NCBI RefSeq assembly: GCF_016433145.1
Contig: NC_058131.1
Span: 654,299,633-654,363,632, forward strand
Direction: 5' to 3'
Source: Gracilinanus agilis
Taxonomy: Eukaryota
DNA length: 64,000 nucleotides
Below, in pieces: positions 1 to 14,149 of this stretch. Positions within the stretch are counted from its first letter, which is position 1; the number at the start of each line of letters is the position of its first letter. The translations under genes were made by a program, and so were the position numbers. A model generated the notes under the pieces. It ran no database searches, had not been told where the DNA came from, and saw only the letters and a list, made by a program, of their open reading frames with translations.

Positions 1-539
1 AATTGTCTCTGGCTGACATGAGCCAGGGGTTTTTGTTCTCAAAGGGTCATTTATCCTGAAGTCTGAGATACTTCTTTTATTCCCTCCAACTTAATTTGAC
101 TTTAAAAGGTTGAATTTGCTTTTCCCCCAAAACACATTTATGGTGCCTGCCTCATGTACTGAAATTGCTCATTATAGCAACGACTTTGGCTGGGACCATG
201 TCATGCAATGGACAGGCATTGGACTCAGGGTCAAGACAACCTAAGTTCATAGCTCACCTCACTAGCTGTGTGATCCTAAACAAGCCATTTAACTTTTCTG
301 GGGATAATACCAGCCAGGCTTGTTATGAGGACCAAATGAGGTAATATCTATAAATGCAGTTTGCACAGTTCTTGGCACATAATAAATGCTTATTCACTTC
401 ACTTCCCCCTTTTGACTCTAAATCTATGACCCAAATTATAACAGAATAATTGAAAATATGATCCTTGTCCTCAAGAAGTTTATAATCTACCCAGGAAGAT
501 TAAGCTATGAAAAAAATGAAGAATAATACAATGAAAAAT

Positions 540-540
<1 letters not shown>

Positions 541-578
<38 letters not shown>
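541..578. repeat. (CA)n microsatellite
   Basis: About 19 perfect CA units read directly. Confidence 0.97.
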
Positions 579-583
<5 letters not shown>

Positions 584-807
584 AGAGTCATGGAAAGTCA
601 TCTATTCTAATCCCTTCCTGATGCCCAAATTCCTTCCATAAGATTCCTGATCAGATTCTACTAGATCACCAACTCCAGTGTTGAGAAATTTAATAACTCT
701 AAAGGAAACCTATTTCATTTTAAGACAGCTCTAAAATTTTGAGAGATTTTCTTTATACTAAGTCCAAATCCATTTACCTATACTTTTTTTTAAAAATTAG
801 ACTCTTT

Positions 808-895
808 GGGAAAGTGAGGTGACTCAGTGGATAGAGAGCCAGGACTGGAGGGGACACAATATCAATTCTAAGAAAGATGGTAAGGGTTTTTTAAA
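808..895 (+). mobile_element. Internally deleted marsupial SINE-1-type element
   Basis: Head (ggtgactcagtggatagagagccagg) is joined directly to the SINE-1 tail (acaatatcaattctaagaaagatggtaagggttttttaaa); the middle is missing. Confidence 0.7.
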
Positions 896-959
896 TGCCT
901 AAATTCTTTTCATATCCGTTTTCTGTCTAAGTTATGTCTTTCCCTTGTTCAACTAATTT

Positions 960-2500
960 TTAAAAATCTAAGTCTAGATATTTACATATGATCCTATTAA
1001 ATTTCATCATGTTAGCTTTGACTTCTCATCCTATTTACAAAGATAATTTTGGGACCAAATTCAGCCATCCAACAAATTAGTTTTCCTTTCCAGCTTTGTG
1101 CTATCTTCAAGTTTGAGAAATATGACATTGATGTCTTTATCCAAATAGGTGATGACAAACATTGACTGAGCTAGGTTCGAACATACAGTGCCCTCCAGCT
1201 TATCGCTGATTCATTCATCAACATTCTTTGGGTCAAATTATGCCAAGAGTTATTAATCTGTCTTCTGACTCCCATCTCTCTCTCCATCATGTTCAGTCCT
1301 TATGTGTGTTCATTGGTCCAAGCCTTTGCTTTCATCAGTGTGCACAGTGGAAACTTCCTTCCCTAATGCAGATCAATGACTTATCTGTACTTTCCAATGT
1401 GATAGAGCTGCCTGGAGACATTGAGAGGCTGTGACTTGACCACCGTCTTGCAGTGAACGTATATGAAGACTAAGACTTTGCCCCAAGACTCCCTGCCTCC
1501 AAGGCAGCCTTCTCTCTGCTTCATCATGCTGCCTTTCACATACAAAGATATTTATTCCTTAGGACTTGTCAAAGGCTTTATTGGAATCAAAATAAAATAT
1601 GTTTTCGGTGTTTCCTTTTTCTACCTGTCTAGTGACCATTAAATGAAGAAATGATCTTTATCTGGCATGTTTTGTTTTTTAGTGAACTCAAGTTGGCTCC
1701 CAGTGATCACTGCTTCCCTTTCCAAATGCTCGCAAACCATCCATTTCATGATTCACTGTGGAATGTTCCAGTGATTAATGTCAAGTTTGCTGGTTTATAG
1801 TTTCCTGAATTCACCATCCCCCTCCTTTCCCTCAGGTAGCGTTTGCCTGTCTTCAGTCTTTTGGCACCCTCCTGTGCTGTGTGATTTCCCGATCACTGAC
1901 AAAGATACAGAAATTGCATCTGCAAGACTTTTCAGTATCCTAGGGTATAATTATTCTGGGCCAGGAGACAAACTCTTTGGGAGAAGGTAGGAGCTTTCTT
2001 ATTATAATAATAGCAATTATGACAAAAACAGCAACACATTTACATAGCATTTTAGGGTTTAAAAAGCTTACTTTATTGCTCTCCAAACCATTCCTGTTCT
2101 GCCTTTTTCAGGCTAAATCTAGCTTTCCCTAATTGAAAAGATAGAAGCAAACTTGGAATTGAATCATTCTATTTTCTAGCATCTGTAAACATGACATCAT
2201 TCTTCCCAAATAGTGGATCCATCTTTTCCTTGGACTGCTTCTTGGGCTCAGCCTAATTAAAAAGCTCTTTTTTTTCATCCCTAGAACCCATTACAACCTT
2301 TAGCTCATTTAGGCCTTTTGCCTTTCAAGCAGGCCATGCCACTCTTGTATTTCGTTCTGGGACCCATGAATCAGATTTTATCCTTTCCATGCATCCTTTA
2401 AAAATCTGAGCTTATCAGTGAACTTCCCATGAAGCCAACTTGGTCTTTTTGAATGCCAGCTCATTTTCTCTTACTTTGGAATAATTCGTTGCTGTGCTAT
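960..2500 (-). mobile_element. Fragmented L3/CR1 LINE ORF2 relic, interrupted by SINE/MIR-like pieces
   Basis: Minus strand shows degenerate CR1 RT motifs: ccagctttgtgctatcttcaagttt (KFADDTKLG-like, ~1090-1115) and gtcaagtttgctggtttatagtttcctga (GNYRPVSLT-like, ~1780-1810). Confidence 0.75.
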
Positions 2501-2519
2501 TATAATTTCATTTCTGAGA

Positions 2520-3030
2520 ATCACCCAACCATCACAATCCATTTTGCTTTTCCTAGTTTGAGCCTGGATTGGACCATATCACAATCCTGCCCAAAAATCT
2601 CCAATGGTTCCCCATATGACTCTACAATAAAATGCAAACTCCTCTCAGAGGAATTGAAAGCCCTGCCCAATCTGCTTCCAACCAACCTTTCCAGATGTAT
2701 TTTGGATGCTTCACATGCATTTAGCCTTGCTACGTTGCACCAACAACTTCTAATCCCCTGCTTCAATGTATTTGTACAAAGTATCTCCCAGGTCTGACAT
2801 TTATAATCAATCCTGACTTCTTCCCCTTAGAATTCCTTATCTGCCTTCAGAATTCTGTTCTGCTTCTACATGAGGCCTTTCTCAGTCTCCCTTCCTTCCC
2901 TCCCCACCAAGTAAGTGTTCTGCTTCTGAAATGATATGTTTTTGTTTTTCCTTGCCTGTGTGCATAGTGTAGCCTCTCAATAGAATGTAAGCTTTTTAAG
3001 GACAGTGACTCTTTTGCCCTCATATGCCTA
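2520..3030 (+). mobile_element. L2 LINE 3' fragment
   Basis: Typical L2 3' text (aaaatctccaatggttccc...ataaaatgcaaactcctc...tagaatgtaagctttttaaggacagtgac). Confidence 0.7.
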
Positions 3031-4545
3031 GGACCAAAGCATTTTTTGTTTTTAAAAATAACATTATAATATTATGTTTTATTTATTAAATCTGATAATA
3101 AAATATAATTTAATATGATGTTTTATATCATTACATATGATAATGGAATAAAATTTAATGATACTGTTTTATAGTATCACATATAATAGAATAACCTCTG
3201 TCTGCCTCAATTTTCTCAGTTGTAAAATGGGGACAACAGTAGCACCCATCTCCTAAGATTATTGGGAGGATCAAAGGAGATAATATTTGTGTTGGACTTT
3301 AAGCCCCATGCTACTATTATCGTTATTCTTTGCTGGGCCCTTGACATACAATTACAAAGAATGAAACAAAGGGTTTGTATTCTTAGAAATAAAATTCTAA
3401 ATCAATTTAAAATAATCTGGTGACTAGTCCAAGCCTCTCATTTTACATTTTGCATTTCCATCATGAGAAAGTCGAGGCCTAGAGAAGTTCAATGAAGTAC
3501 CCAAGAACCTACAGGTAGTTAATAGCAGATTGGATTTCAATCCAGGTCCTAAAACCCCCAAACCAGTGCTTTTCCCACCACACCATACCTCCTCTCTTTG
3601 TGTAGGCTGGGATTAGTTAGGGATAGCTTAATGAGAGCAGATGAAATAAACTCCATAAAGTGTTTGGAATTCTTCAGGAGGGAAATGTGTTATGAACACA
3701 GAGTGCTATTATTATCCTATAAATTGGGAGAAATGATAACTTCCAGACCATCTGATTTCAGCTAATTGAGGTTTCACTGTAGTTGGCTGGGTTTATCCAT
3801 CCCAACAGGATGTCTGTTAGCCTATTAGTTGGAAAGCAAATGCCATGATGTTAACATTTTCTGGCATATGACTGGCTTGGACGGCTCCCTGACAGCAGAG
3901 TTCAAATGGATGGACTTAAAGAGATCCTCCCTCTCGTTCTATCTGACAGTTATAACCTTCCCACCCAGCGATGGGCCAGAAGCCATTGCTCCCATGGACC
4001 AAGACCCTGAGGTCTTGTGTCAAAAACCCTGGTTTTCTAGGTTATACGCTGATGCCTCTGCTCCTGTGTTAGATCTATGGCTTTACGATATCCGTAGGAA
4101 GGAAAGGCTCCTCTTGCTAGGCTCTGGTGGCAAAGCATTAGGGGCAGACACATCCCTATTTCTTGGGAGCATGAGTGATGGGAGTGGTGATATTGCATTG
4201 ATAATGAGCAGAATTTTCCAGGCACAAAAGGAGTTATGAAGATGGACCTGAGAAAGTCAATCAAATCACAGGGTCAAGTCACATTTTTAAAAAATTATCT
4301 CACATTTATATAATTTTCCACCAAGCCTCAACTCAGTTGTCTCCTCTTCCATTAAACCATCCTTGATTTCTGCAATATTCCTTCTCTTTCTGTTTACCTT
4401 GAATTTTAATTACTTGTGTCCATACTCTTTTGCTTCCTGCAGAAACCATACCCTGAGGATTAAACCCTTTCAGCTCTATAATTCTCATGTCAGGGCCTAC
4501 CATTTCACTTGCTATTTACTCACTAGCTACCCCTTATTCTTTTTT

Positions 4546-4569
4546 TCATCATCACCATCATCATCATCA

Positions 4570-4622
<53 letters not shown>

Positions 4623-4623
4623 A
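4546..4623. repeat. Compound (TCA)n-(TTA)n microsatellite
   Basis: Read directly; it produces the poly-S/poly-L tail of ORF 4363..4623. Confidence 0.95.
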
Positions 4624-4913
4624 TTTTCCTAGCTGCCCCTTCTAACCCTGTTCCCACTTTCTAGTTCTGGACCATGGTCAAATCCATCCTGCCATTACTA
4701 ATTGAGGGAATGTCATTCTACTAATATTCCTAGGAATTCTTCACCCACCATCCCTGTGAATTCCCAGACCAAAATATTCCACTTTGGCCACCAATCCCCT
4801 ACTTGTGTGTCAAGACAGAGATAGTGACAGAACTTGGCTCATTTAATTGAAATATACACTTAAATCATTTTTCATTTATAAACCTTGAGTAGAAAGTAAA
4901 TGCCTCAAGGGCA

Positions 4914-5048
4914 NNNNNNNNNNNNNNNNNNNNNNNNNNNNNNNNNNNNNNNNNNNNNNNNNNNNNNNNNNNNNNNNNNNNNNNNNNNNNNNNNNNNNNN
5001 NNNNNNNNNNNNNNNNNNNNNNNNNNNNNNNNNNNNNNNNNNNNNNNN
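4914..5048. other. Assembly gap (135 N)
   Basis: Run of N. Confidence 0.99.
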
Positions 5049-5093
5049 CTCACAAATGTATTGGAGTGGTTTGAAATTTCTTGCTCCAGTTCA

Positions 5094-5277
5094 TTTTTTT
5101 TTAACCCTTGTACTTCAGTGTATTGTCTCATAGGTGGAAGAGTGGTAAGGGTGGGCAATGGGGGTCAAGTGACTTGCCCAGGGTCACACAGCTGGGAAGT
5201 GTCTGAGACTGGATTTGAACCTGGGACCTCCCGTCTCTAGGCCTGACTCTCACTCCACTGAGCTACCCAGCTGCCCC
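5094..5277 (-). mobile_element. Young full-length SINE-1-type element with 14-bp TSD
   Basis: Complete head and tail; ctccagttcatttt occurs at 5084-5097 and 5278-5291; target resembles an L1-endonuclease TTTT/AA site. Confidence 0.93.
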
Positions 5278-7656
5278 CTCCAGTTCATTTTAAAGCTGAG
5301 AAAATTGAGGCAAACAAGGATTAGTGATTTGCCCAAGATCACATAGCTAGGACACGTTTGAGGCTGGATTGGAACTTTGGTCTTCCCAATTATAGACTTG
5401 GTGTTTTGTACACTGTTCCATCGAGGTCCCAAGGAAATATGTATAAGTAAGATGATGTGATTATGTGATTGATTTCTGACCTTTTAAAAGGTATTATTTA
5501 TGTTGTAGATACTCCTGTATGGGAAAGAGAATTTATGTCATTTCATAGACTCATGGTATAATAGATTTAAACCTTAAAAGAGATTTCAGAAGTTATCTAG
5601 TCTGCCTCATCTCCTCATTTTATAGGTGAGGAAACTGAGTCTTATAGACATGCAATTGCTTGCCTGAAAAAAAGCTACTTTTTCTCTTCTCACTTGAGTA
5701 AGATTGTAAGACATGTGATGGTGGGATGGTGACTACTGAGACTGAGAGTCACATTGGCAATCTCCATTATTAATCACATACCTCTACTTCTGAGGCAGGT
5801 GAGGAAGCTAAAATGAAGTACCAGAGCCCCTCCTCATTGGCCATCTCCTCCAAGAAAAGCTAGGAGCCTGTGGTAAAGGTTCCTTAATCACAGTCACAAA
5901 CTTTGGGAGTCAAGGTTATGAAGTACAGCTGGTCAAATTAAGGAAGTCTCTAGACCCCATTCCTCTCTGGCTGGCCTTCAATCACGAAGACTATGGAGAC
6001 TAAAAATACAGGGATTCTTCCATAGATACTAGCATTTTCCAAGTGTTGTATTGATCTAAACTTTGAAAAGACTCCAAAATGATTCTTAAACTTATGGGTT
6101 ACCTCAACTGGCTCATTTTGGTTAACAGTGGAGTCATCAGAGCAATCAGCTGTCTGGTGTCTTGGAAGGTTGTTAAACAACTGGGCTGCTGCGTTGCCTG
6201 TCATGGTCCCAACCTCTCCTGACACCAACTGCACAAAAGTGAAGAAGAAGAAGGACTTATCGGACTGTCATTGTGTGGATTACGAAGCTCCATCATCGCC
6301 TTGAGTGTCAAGTCAGGAGGAAAAACAGAAATGAGACTGTGGCCAGACCCAAGGGTGTGGTGTGTTTTAAAGTAATATTTAATTCCATAGGAATGGAAGA
6401 AGTTAAGGATCCCCAGAGCAATTTCCTTTACACAAAGAGAGTTGAGAACAAAATGAAACTATGAGAGCATTCGTGATCCAGGGAAACAACCTCTGTGTGA
6501 AAGGAGCCTGCCATCCCTGCCACCCCCAATGCCCACTGCCTTGGACAGTCTCAGAAGCCTAAGGAAAAAAAAAACTGGAAGCTGCAGCACATCTTCTTCT
6601 TCAAACCCACTAGCCCTTCTTCCAGCCTGCTCCTACCACCATCTTCAAAGGGAGAAGCTCTTCTGGAGATGTGACCTGGCACCTACCACCGTGGACATTT
6701 CAGCCTCTGCTTCCCTTTGTAGCTATCACTCTTGAAGCCTGGGAAAAGAAAGCTGTCTACAATGAAGTTCTTTGCACAAACAGCCACTTCCATAGGAGAA
6801 GCAGATATGGTTTTATTAATGAAAATAGCTCTTAAGAAGATACAATTCCCATTTGCTTTGACACTGAACCCTAAGGACATGGAGCCATTCCACCTGACTT
6901 GTAGCTTTTATGCCTGCATATTCGAATGTGGGTGTTCTTTGGGGTAGGACAATTAGACTTTTCTATTTGTATGTTCAATGTTTAGTTCAGTACTTTGAAC
7001 ACAATAAATGTTCAATGAATGCTTTTTCACTGTACCTAAGATATCGAGTTAGGGCTTTTTGTCACCTTGGTTCTTCCCAAATGGCCTGTCTTTTACCCTG
7101 GGGTTCATTTGCTGCTTCATGGGAATATCCCATCGGATACTGATGCTGCTTGCCTGTATATATTGCTATTTTTGACAGGAAGCTTGGTGGTGACTCAATG
7201 GATACTATGCTGGGATTGGAGTGAGGAAGACTTGAAATAAAATCCAATCTCAGGCACCTGCTTTGTCAACTTAGGCATGTCATTTAACCTCTGGTCGCCT
7301 TACTTTCTTCATCTGTACATGGAGACAATTATAGCACTTGTCTCCCGTGGTTGGTTGAATATCAAATGAGATTATATTTGTAAAACATTTAGCACAGTGC
7401 CCACATATTAGGACTGTATAATTTAATTATTGTTACTATTTCAGGAAGCCAACCCATCTGACTCACAACCTTTAGTTTCAGTCACTGCCCACCTTCAACT
7501 CCTTTCTATGTGTTGTCTTCACTCCAAATGTGAACTGCTGGAGGGCAAGAACTGTTTTACTTATATTTTTAGTAGTAGTTCATAGCAGAGTACCAAGCAC
7601 ATTAATACATTTTCCTTCTTCCTTTCTTCATTCATTTTTTCTTTCTTTCTTCCTTT

Positions 7657-8033
7657 NNNNNNNNNNNNNNNNNNNNNNNNNNNNNNNNNNNNNNNNNNNN
7701 NNNNNNNNNNNNNNNNNNNNNNNNNNNNNNNNNNNNNNNNNNNNNNNNNNNNNNNNNNNNNNNNNNNNNNNNNNNNNNNNNNNNNNNNNNNNNNNNNNNN
7801 NNNNNNNNNNNNNNNNNNNNNNNNNNNNNNNNNNNNNNNNNNNNNNNNNNNNNNNNNNNNNNNNNNNNNNNNNNNNNNNNNNNNNNNNNNNNNNNNNNNN
7901 NNNNNNNNNNNNNNNNNNNNNNNNNNNNNNNNNNNNNNNNNNNNNNNNNNNNNNNNNNNNNNNNNNNNNNNNNNNNNNNNNNNNNNNNNNNNNNNNNNNN
8001 NNNNNNNNNNNNNNNNNNNNNNNNNNNNNNNNN
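7657..8033. other. Assembly gap (377 N) between TTTC-rich and (GT)n repeats
   Basis: Run of N flanked by simple repeats. Confidence 0.99.

Positions 8034-8103
<70 letters not shown>
8034..8103. repeat. (GT)n microsatellite
   Basis: About 35 GT units, truncated by the gap. Confidence 0.97.
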
Positions 8104-8107
<4 letters not shown>

Positions 8108-9796
8108 TAGGCAGTATAGGATTCACTGAAGTTAATTACATATCATTCAATCAACCAACAAATAGGTATTTATTAATCACTTACTATGTGCTGGAAGCTG
8201 TGACCTGAAAATACAAAAAAGGAACAAAAAGGGTTTATTTTGTGTGGGAAATAGTGGATTTGGAAGTTAAAGCTACATTAAAAATAACAATAAACCCCTA
8301 GGAGTCAAGTGAATCCATGAGCCATTGGGCAAGGCATAGAAGTATCAGTGATTGCTTATTTCACTACTAAGATTGGGAACATTCCCAGAAACCACTGTAA
8401 TAGAAAGGACAATGGATCTTTGAAGGATACATATGATTGGATCTATGACACTTTGCAAAGTGAAATAGAAGCATCATCATCCATTGAGTTTGAGATTATC
8501 TCTACAATCAATCTGAAAAATTTAGTCAAACTGTTCCTATTGGTTCAAGTCATTAGTATTTTGGTTTAATTATCAGTGAAACAGAAAAGAATACTGTAAC
8601 TCCCTCCTTCAGTATGGGTTCAATCTAGAATTTAGTTTCCCCATGAAATCTGTCTTGGCCCAACATGATATCCTGTTGAACCTTTCCATTTTCCCCCAGG
8701 AAGATCTTAAGTTCTATTAATTGCCTTTAGTCACTGATACCTATTGGCCCTGTGATCTTTCTAGAGAAGCACTTTCTTGAATACACTTGGAGGTTTCTGT
8801 GACTTGTCCAGGATCATATATTAAGTAAGGGAATAGCTAGAATATAAATTTAAGCTTCCTGAGTCAAAGCCTAGGATTCTCCCCATGAAACAACATACCA
8901 CCTGCTTGCAATTCATGGTAGTACTTGGTGCTCAGAGCTCTCTACAGATTATAATGGCAGATGAGCTGTCCTTTTCTATTACATAAACACCTCAACTTCA
9001 CCTCGCTTATCTCTCCAGACTCTCTCACTCCTCTTTATCAACCAGGCACATTTGTTGCAAATGGTGCCAACAACCTCCCACTCTTCACTTTCTCAGACCC
9101 TGGACTTTGCTTCCACATTCCACAGAGCTGATTTAGTCTTGGAACTCTTTCCAAAATGCTGCATCCACAGCTCTGCCTCACAGATTCAGTGCCCCAGAAC
9201 TATTGTTGGAGGACAAGAGCTGATTTCCATCAGGAAGCCTAGAGCAATGAGTGACCATTTCACTTACTTCAGAAGAGCTAAGATGCCTTAACAGGTATTT
9301 TAAGGTTTATGAACCTTATTTTTTCCCTCTAAACAACTCTGCAAAGTTGGTAATATGGATGATATTAAATCTATTTTATAGATGAGAAAATTGAGAGTCA
9401 GAAATGCAATGTGACATGCTCATATGATGCAATGCAAGAGCTGGGATTCAAATCTCAGTTTCTTGACTTCAATTTCAAGGGATAAATCAGTTTTTATGCA
9501 TGTGCAAATATAACAATGCATTTTGTTAAGCACTTATATAGCACATGGCATGTGACAGTCACTGTACCAAGCACTTCACAAATATTAAATTTACAATTCA
9601 ACTTAACAAGTATTTATTAAACATGGAGATAATTCCTATCTATACAAGCATACACACATACACACACAGGGGTTAACAAATTTTTGTATACTTGTTGATA
9701 TGATACACAGTATAGAAGTTCTAGAATTATTCAGTTAGCTACCTCTTCTGTAACTATGGCATGCAAGAATTTAATTGTTCTATAGTGGTTCCATAG

Positions 9797-10165
9797 GGGT
9801 CAAATAGGTGGCTTAGTGGATAGAACATTGGACCTGGAATGAGAAAGACCTGAGCTTAAATATGACCTCAGATGCTTAATTAGCTGTATGATCTTGGGTG
9901 AATCATTTAATTCCTATTTGCCTAGGAGACAGCTAGGTGACTCAGTAGATTAGACCCTGGGGTCTGGAGTGAGGAAGACCTGAGTTCAAATCTGACCTCA
10001 GAGATTTATTAGCTATATGACTCTGAATATGTCTTTTAACATATGTTTCCTTTTATCCATTGGAGAAGGTAATGGCAAACCATGCCAATATCTTTGCCAA
10101 GAAAACCATGTGAACAATATAGCCCATGGGTCATGAAGAGTGTTATACAACTGAACAACAGCCAG
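9797..10165 (+). mobile_element. Two adjacent MAR1/MIR-type SINE heads, the second with an RTE-like tail
   Basis: Two tRNA-like heads (ggtggcttagtggatagaac; ggtgactcagtagattag) followed by ggagaaggtaatggcaaaccatgccaatatctttgccaagaaaacc...actgaacaaca. Confidence 0.85.
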
Positions 10166-11509
10166 TGACTCCATGCTGGATCCAATATTACCAATGTCTG
10201 GCTGAATAAAGGTACATCTTAGTTACCATTGGTTTACTAAAAGAAAGGGGTCTTCTAGTATCTGGCTGAGGTTTTATGATCTCAACTCCCTGAATACACA
10301 AATGCACATACCCACGCCATTTCCCTTTTTCCCTTTTATTTTCTAGAATATCTTGTCATTAGCTAAGGCTAAACAAATCTTTGGATCTTTCAGTAAAGTC
10401 CAATCCATGGGGGCACTTGTAGCTGAAGCTGGTTTCCAAACTGTGATGAGGACTCAGGAAAGGTAAAATGCTTTGTTTGGTCTGACCTACTCTGCCTGAC
10501 TTACCCTTGGTAAATGCATTTTGGGAGAGAGAGTATGAAATAACTCTAAAAGCAGAAAAGATAAGTGCCATATCAGCCTGAGAACAGATGTGCAGAAGGT
10601 AGAGAGTCTATATTTGTTTCCCATTTTGTACTTGTTCAGTGAGTAGGAAAGATGTTTTTCAAGTCCAGCCAAGATAAAGACTCCCTTATCTTTCAGAGAC
10701 AGCTGGCTCAACTCATCAAGGATTTTAAGAAAGGAAGCAAAAGATTAAGGCCCTCTCCACCATGGATTGAAATCTGTAAGCCAACAGGTAAAGTGTCACT
10801 TCTAAGCCTCTTTTAAGGGATTTCCTCAGATGATATAGCCAAGATAAGGTTAGCCAGGTTCATTAAATATTAGAATTGCACCCAGCACCATGGCAGAATC
10901 ACTAAATATAAAAGTTGGAAGGTTCTTTAATGATCACTCCATCAAAGCACCTTGTTCTTCAGATTAAAAATGGAGTTCAGAGGGAAAAACTTTACTCATA
11001 GCCACTATATACCCATGGTAAGTGGGAATGGGAAAGTCAGTCTTCATCAATAGAAAAATAAAGAAAACCTAGGTTTCCCAGATTCTAGGACAGGGTCATT
11101 TTTGTTCAAACCCATGAAACATGTGCATTGACTACATAGAGAAGACAGGAGGACATCTATTGAACTATACCCTGAAAGACTCTATTAAAGATGAAGACAT
11201 CTCCTTTAGACTTGCCTATTGGGAATGAATTAATTGACTGTCTCTTTGCATTTCTGTCTGTTACTTCTTGTTTGGGCTTCTAGGGGCCAAGCAAAATGAG
11301 AACCATCTTTTTTCCATGCCTTCTATTTTTTTTAGATATTTATCATGCCCCTCATCACCCAAAGATTTATTTTCAGCAGAGAAAACATCCTTAATTCTTT
11401 CAACCAAAATCGATAGAGCAGAAACATGAATTCCTTTACCATCATGGTCCTTCTCTGAAAAACTCCAGCTTATTAGTGTCTTGCTGAGCATAGAGTGCCC
11501 AGGAATGTC

Positions 11510-12115
11510 CATCAATTGGGAAACAACTGAACAAAATGTAGCATACAATTGTAATGGAATACTATTTTGCTATAAGAAACAATGACCAGTAGAATTTCAG
11601 AAAGACTTTATTTTTTTAAACTCTTACCTTCTGTCTTAGAACAAATACTGTGTCTGAGGCCAGATTTGAACCTAGGACCTCCCTGTCTCTAGGCCTGGCT
11701 CTCAGTCCACTGAGCTACCCAGCTGCCTCCTAGAAAGACTTATATGAGCAGTACTGTATGATAAACAACTATGATTGACTTAGCTTTTCTCAGCAATGCA
11801 GTCCCAAAGACAATCCAAGACAATCCCAAATATCTCACGATGAAAAATGCTATCTACCTCCTGACAAACAACTGATGGGGTCTGAATGCAGACGGAAACA
11901 TAGCATGTTTCACTCTATTTTCTTCTTTTTATGTGTCTTCTTCCCCAACTTGATGAATATGGAAATATGTTTTGTATTTTAGCACAAATATAACCAATAT
12001 CAAATTTCTAACCATCTCAAGGAAGGGGAAGAGGAGGAAGAGAGAAAATTTGAAATTAAAAATGTTGGAAAATGAATGCTAAAAATTGTTTTTACATATA
12101 ATTGGAAAAGGATAA
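11510..12115 (+). mobile_element. L1 3' end fragment (marsupial type) with a nested SINE
   Basis: atggaatactattttgctataagaaacaatga...agacttatatga..., plus a purine-rich 3' UTR. Confidence 0.85.
11609..11730 (-). mobile_element. Internally deleted SINE-1-type element inserted in L1, with 10-bp TSD
   Basis: agaaagactt at 11599-11608 and 11732-11741; head and tail are joined at an ACAC microhomology. Confidence 0.85.
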
Positions 12116-12476
12116 ACTATCACTGATGGAAAAAATAGAGTTCCCAGAATTGAACATGATTCAAGTCAGCAAAGTGATTATTATGGGATGAGCTCTGTGT
12201 GAGATGCAGGAAATATAAAGATTAAAGCAAAATAGCCCCAAATATCAAAGAACTACCATTTTGCTACAAGGATGTTGCCTGGACACAGATATTTAAATGT
12301 AAAATATATAAGAAATAATTTCAAGAGAGAGAAAACATGAATGAATGGGTAGCTTAGGAAAGGTCTACTCTAAGATGTAGCATCTGAATTCTATTTCAAA
12401 GATATTGATTTAAAGAGGCAGAAATTAGGTAGCCAGTGAAAATAGCTAGTGAAAAGGGAATGGGTAATTATTTGTG

Positions 12477-12484
12477 CATGTGCC

Positions 12485-12521
<37 letters not shown>
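12477..12521. repeat. (TG)n microsatellite
   Basis: Read directly. Confidence 0.93.
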
Positions 12522-12526
<5 letters not shown>

Positions 12527-14149
12527 TGTATAGATTTGCCATTATCTCTGAGTAAGATAAAAATGAGGCTAAATGGTCAGTTTGTTCTTTTTTTCATTAA
12601 AACTATGTTTTCAGAAAGTAATCAGACATGAATTCAGTCAGCACTTAAATGAAGAGCACTAGAAATGTCCTTGAGATGGGACTTATGTTGTGGAGAATAT
12701 TAAATTCTAGATTCAGGATTTTCTTTTATTTTAGAGCCATTTGGGAGTCAAGTTATTTATGAGTTGTGAAGAGGAGAGGGGACACGGTCAGATCTATGTT
12801 TTAAGGTTAAGAATTGAATAGCCGTGTAGTGGATGAGAAAAGAATGAGAATGGAAGCTGGCAAACCGATTAGGAAGTCGTTGTAATAGTCCAGATGAGAG
12901 ATGGTGAGGGGCAATACTCTAGTCAAGCTATAATAGACACTGTTTATTCATGAGTTTTATGCCTTCCATAGAGTAGTCCAATATGCTATATTGTTCATTT
13001 CCACATCAGCCTATTGAGTTTTCAGTATTCTATAACCCCTTCCTAACAAAATACTTTCCAGCAACTTCTTTCTGTCTGATGGTTGGGAAACTAGTTTTAA
13101 AAAATCCATATGTAAAATTTATCTTTATTCAATTTCATTTTTATTAGATTCAAGCTGTTTCTTAATATTGTTTCATTCTTTGTATTTCTACTCCTAACAT
13201 CTAGCACAGCACCTGCTACATAGGCATCACTTATTAAATGTTTTCTGGTTAAAAGATTTTTGAATCCTGATTGTCATCCAGTAGTTGGCTAAATGTTATT
13301 TGGATTTGATAAGAATGCATTATATGACTTTATCCTTGCTGTTGATAGAAACATTAAAAAACACAAGGTCATACACAAATCCTTAGGACTTTCCACTGAA
13401 GGCCTTCTTCCAAATTGGCATTGCATTACTTTCTGTGTCTATCTATTCAATCGTTTATAAGTCCATTTAACTGAACTATTATATAGTCCACTTGCCACCA
13501 TCTTTCCTGCTTGGATAACATGAAAGATATTGCCAAATATTTTGCTGAAACCTAGGTAAAATATAGAAATCCTCTCCAGCTATTGTTTGGTATGACCTCT
13601 AATTGGCGAAGTCATATATAGTTTTTACTTTTCTAGATATTCACCAATTGTCCCTCTAAAGATGTCATAGAATTTTATCAGGAATCAAAGTCAAGCTTAC
13701 TAGCTGATAGTTTAGTGAGTCCATTCTCTTCCCTTTTTTGAAAACCCAGACTTTTGTCCTTCCTCATTACTTCAGAATGTCTCCCATTATCCATAGTCTT
13801 TTGAAGGTCATTAACAATTGTTCCATAAGCATATCTGTCAGCTCTTTCAGTACCTTTGGAAACAATTCATCTGAACTTGGTGATTTAAAGCCATTTAGGT
13901 ATTTTCTTATGATATCTATACTTATTTTTGGTGTCAAATTCATGCTAATTATTTTCCCTAACCTTTGCAGTCCAAAGGCTATTCTCTTGGTTAGACGGGA
14001 AAGAACTAATAGTTAAGTAACTCAATCTTCTTTCCATTGTTGATTATTATTTTATCATCCACCCAACTGCCAGAACTAGCCCTTGTTTGATCTTTATCCT
14101 CATGTAGTCAATATTAGAAGCAAAGCAAAAATGAAGGGAAAAAATTAGT

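Noticed and set aside
3829-4239. 136-aa + strand ORF
   Set aside because: No recognisable domain, non-ATG start and no splice support. An ORF of this length is expected by chance among six frames of 64 kb.
4363-4623. Poly-Ser/poly-Leu ORF
   Set aside because: It is a translation of the (TCA)n(TTA)n microsatellite.
4865-8126. ORFs containing X runs and VC/TH repeats
   Set aside because: They read through N-gaps and (GT)n, so they are artefacts; the same applies to 47324-47655 and 49338-49669.
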